A DNA stretch of 62,624 nucleotides, the filler included. It is 7 parts of 7 records of this genome, joined end to end, with 100 filler letters (N's around TTAATTAATTAA, not from the genome) between each part and the next. Parts side by side here need not be neighbours in the genome. Positions count along the whole stretch, not along the records: positions 51,556 to 60,039 come from SRR9188676_2846; positions 60,140 to 62,624 come from SRR9188676_2850; 5 more parts are not named here. One strand, given 5' to 3'. The notes under the pieces are model-generated. The model ran no database searches, was not told the origin of the DNA, and saw only the letters and a program-made list of their open reading frames with translations. Shown here piece after piece: positions 59,683-62,624 of the stretch; position 1 is the stretch's first letter, and each line of letters begins with the position of its first letter. Made by a program: the position numbers and the translations under genes.

Positions 59683-60039
59683 ATGCTGATTCATCCTGCG
59701 GGCAATTTCCTCACGATGAGGACCATCCAAAATGACCCCGTTCTTAAACCCGGGGCCCTGCGCTGGGCCGCGCAGATGCGGTCGATCACAGCAAAAAAGG
59801 AAAATAGCGTCAAAAGGGCCATCGACGGCTGGCGGAAGCGCCATTGCACCGGATCGCGCCCGATCTCGATTGGGACGATCATCGACTGTTGAAGGCGGCG
59901 AACCAGATCTCGTGGGGTTTCCGCACGCTTTTCAACCAGCACGATGCCGTCGCTCTCCTCCGCAAAGACGACGATGACCGCTATTGGCGCCAGGTGCTTA
60001 CCTACGGCATTGAGCATAACCTTCAGGCCGTTCTCGACG
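59683..60039 (+). pseudogene. Possible frameshifted fragment of an SF2 helicase gene, cut by the contig end
   Basis: Two overlapping frames. The second reads GFRTLFNQ..YWRQVLTYGIEHNLQAVLD, which I recall as an internal segment of defence-associated helicases. Confidence 0.35.
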
Positions 60040-60139
60040 NNNNNNNNNNNNNNNNNNNNNNNNNNNNNNNNNNNNNNNNNNNNTTAATTAATTAANNNNN
60101 NNNNNNNNNNNNNNNNNNNNNNNNNNNNNNNNNNNNNNN
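60040..60139. other. Artificial contig spacer
   Basis: Same N/TTAATTAATTAA/N block. Confidence 0.97.
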
Positions 60140-60296
60140 GCGACATTGGAGTTGAGTTATTTACCCTGGTGACTTGCTTGCTGCTTATCCTATGAATTGT
60201 ATCACTGCTTCTGATTGAAAATTCTTCGTGATGCAGGGAGAAGATTCAAGAAAACAACAAAGCAAGAAATCTGCATAGAATTTGCTCGATTTATCA

Positions 60297-60480
60297 GGAA
60301 ATAAGCCCCAAAAAATCTTCGAGCCTAGGTCGTGTGATATGACTGGCTGGTCCATGAGATTGATGTGTCTAAGAAATGTCACATACATCACCCTGAAAAT
60401 GATAAATATAGAAGGAAATAAGAGCCCACAAAAGTCTTCGAGCCTAGGTCGTGTGGTGGTCAATGAGATTGATGTGTAAG
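60297..60480. repeat. Imperfect direct repeat, two ~70-nt copies
   Basis: GGAAATAAG..CCC..AAAA.TCTTCGAGCCTAGGTCGTGTG..TGGTC.ATGAGATTGATGTGT at ~60297-60373 and ~60414-60480. Confidence 0.75.
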
Positions 60481-60958
60481 CTCATAAATGTGTGTCATGG
60501 GTCATGTGGCATGTTTGGCTGGCCAGTGACATAGCGGTGTCGCTTCTAACCAAATGATCCTGTACAGACATTAATGGCATAATTTTTCCAGATTTTAGCC
60601 CCTCATCAAAGCCCGTGAAGCAGTTTTTTTTTCTTTGTTTTTTTTTTCTCAAAAGATACGGGTCACTGCAATTCAAAACTTTATTTACTTACTCCTCCCA
60701 AGCAGAAAGAAGCGCATCACATCAGTCATCGCACATTTTTTTTCTTCTCTCATTTGTGACCTACTCATGTGCTCGCTATTCACAAAGACCCTCCATTTTT
60801 GACCTTATCACAAATATTTTGAGAACCAAGGTTCAAAAAGAACTATTTTTGTGAAGAGCCAAGTGAAAGGGTGGGGGATAGGTGCAGGTTAGAGGTCATA
60901 AATGAGGTAGGGCTAGCTATATTTCGAGAGCCCAGATTCCCCAAACGAGAAAACAAAC

Positions 60959-61662
60959 CTGCGGAGGCAATGGTAGGGCATAAATGCTGGAAATCTTGCT
61001 CCGAATCGGAACGAAGCGCAGAAACGAGTTCTGCATAATGAGACAGAAAGAAACAGCAGAATCAGTGGGAGCATAGAAAAGCCTGAGAGAAAATCCCTTT
61101 GGAAAACCGTTGCTCATGAGAATATCTCAGGAAATTTCTCTCTTGATATGATCAAAACGTTTGTCGAAGAGATTGTAATGGGGAGATCTGTGATAGGTTG
61201 AATGCTGTGCGTTTCGTTTCACCTTGGCTCTTCAATGCTTGGCTAATTTTCGAAAGGCACAGGTCTGTTTGCACATTCGAGCACAGCCCATAATAGAGAG
61301 CATTGGAGATTTCGAGAATTGTACTCACATCATTTCCATTACATGTCTGACAATCAACAGTGAGTGAGCAGAAAAGATGAGACATCATCAAGATGAAAAG
61401 TGCTCACCAGATCTGGAAGACCGATGAGGGTTTCAGCGTAGATCTGAAGGGCATTCGAGAAACAATCGTCTTGGCAAAGAGAAAAGAGCTCTGATGGTTC
61501 AGATGTCGACAGATGATCCAGAATCTCATTGAAATCCAGTGAGATCTGATTTTGGCAGGTTGAAACTTGATTCACTCTGGCTGCCGAGTCTTTGAGCTTC
61601 ACGCAGGCATCAACAGAGATAGAGAGTGTTGACCAGAGAGCAAAAGAAAGGAATAGGAGCAT
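60959..61662 (-). CDS. Putative secreted Cys-containing protein, spliced, partial
   Basis: Signal-like MLLFLSFALWSTLSISVDA. Exon 61662-61408, 61-nt GT-AG intron, exon from 61346, and a further exon ending at 60959. Confidence 0.5.
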
Positions 61663-62127
61663 CCTGTTAAGTGATTGAGAGCAAGGATTGGGGCAAACGA
61701 AATGATATCTACACGTAATCAAAAATTTAGCAACCTGTGGCAGTTCCTTACTTTGAAAACCGCGTTCTCCGGGTCATGTGAATTCAGTTCGAAAGAGACT
61801 CGATGAAATTCCCTATTTTTACATGTATTCTCTTACTTTTTGGGCTTATTCATGCTGCTCTGGTATGGTCTTTATATAAATTGCTTGATTTTTGAAGAAT
61901 CGGCTGATAAAACCTTCTTTCTCAGGGTGAGATCGGCATCTGCGAGGGGTTGAGCGGGCGATCGGTTCTACTCGTGTGGGATGAGACGCCAATTCCCGGA
62001 GCTCCACTAAGAGCATCGGAATTCTCCGAATACTTGGCAACATGTCAGGCCAAAGTGACCCTGTTGGTCCACCCGCATCGAAATGTGAAGAATGCGGCCG
62101 CAATTGTCACCTCCTCGCTCTCTCTCA

Positions 62128-62624
62128 ATGAAGTGTCTGATATGGATATTATTATTGGCTTTGGTGTTAACTCTGTTCCGACTCTTGAGTCCTTCACATC
62201 GCGCGACTTCGACCTGCACAACCGCATCGTCATGTGGCTCCGTGATACGGAAGAAATATCACTCAATGAACCTCGCGTGACTTTTCTGTCCCGCTGTGCT
62301 GCATTAGTGTGCTCTACTCACTCCGTTTGCTCACATTATGCAAGCCTAGGCCGCTACCGATTACTCTATATCCCTGATTTCCTCCCCCATCACTCCATCA
62401 AGCTTTTTGAGAACCGATGTCTATCATGTGAGAAAGAGAATATCAGAAAACAAATGGGATTCTCGTCAACAGACTTTCTGGTTGCGGTTTTGGGACCTCT
62501 GACGTCAGCTAATGTGGGGCATCTGGATGTGCTTGATATGGCAAATGTGGTGAAAGAAGACTCCTCCGGTGATGACGTGTCATTTTTCTTCCTGGGTGCT
62601 GTGACAAGTACGTGCGACCTATTC
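62128..62624 (+). CDS. Possible GT-B (GT4-like) glycosyltransferase with N-terminal anchor, partial
   Basis: MKCLIWILLLALVLTLF anchor. An open frame from ~62350 reads IRKQMGFSSTDFLVAVLGPL..GHLDVLDMA..VSFFFLG, like the start of a GT-B C-terminal domain. Confidence 0.45.

Larger units (their letters stand above)
52894..60039. mobile_element. Putative genomic island (defence/DNA-damage cargo), right end not in window
   Basis: att-like remnant on the left, followed by WYL regulator, nuclease, AAA pseudogene and orphan genes with AT-rich spacers. No integrase within the contig. Confidence 0.55.

Noticed and set aside
22481-60139. Recurring TTAATTAATTAA as a biological repeat or CRISPR-like array
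   Set aside because: It always sits in the middle of identical N-runs and is a six-frame-stop concatenation linker.

Overview
This window is not one locus. It is seven contigs joined by six identical 100-nt spacers (44 N + TTAATTAATTAA + 44 N). Six contigs are eukaryotic, with short GT-AG introns, and look protist-like. Contig 1 (1-22480) holds a complete 14-exon, ~6,180-aa Ser/Thr/Ala-rich protein with an N-terminal membrane anchor and several motif types resembling phage fibre proteins. Contig 2 (22581-34148) encodes a filamin/Ig-repeat + REJ + GAIN/GPS-like single-pass receptor. Contig 3 (34249-45840) encodes filamin/Ig repeats followed by Cys-rich repeats. Contigs 4, 5 and 7 carry gene fragments (GH13 amylase, DUF985 cupin, TPR-RCC1, possible glycosyltransferase). 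Contig 6 (51556-60039) is alphaproteobacterial, probably sphingomonad-like. It has the end of an RTX protein, a tRNA-Met-like att remnant, and then a candidate island: a DriD-like WYL regulator, a decayed double-AAA ATPase, an HhH-GPD-like protein and a Cas4-like/DUF2779 nuclease. Four copies of a CGAC-N7-GTCG-like palindrome lie upstream of island genes, suggesting a self-contained ssDNA-sensing regulon. All family calls come from motif recognition by eye; no database search was run.
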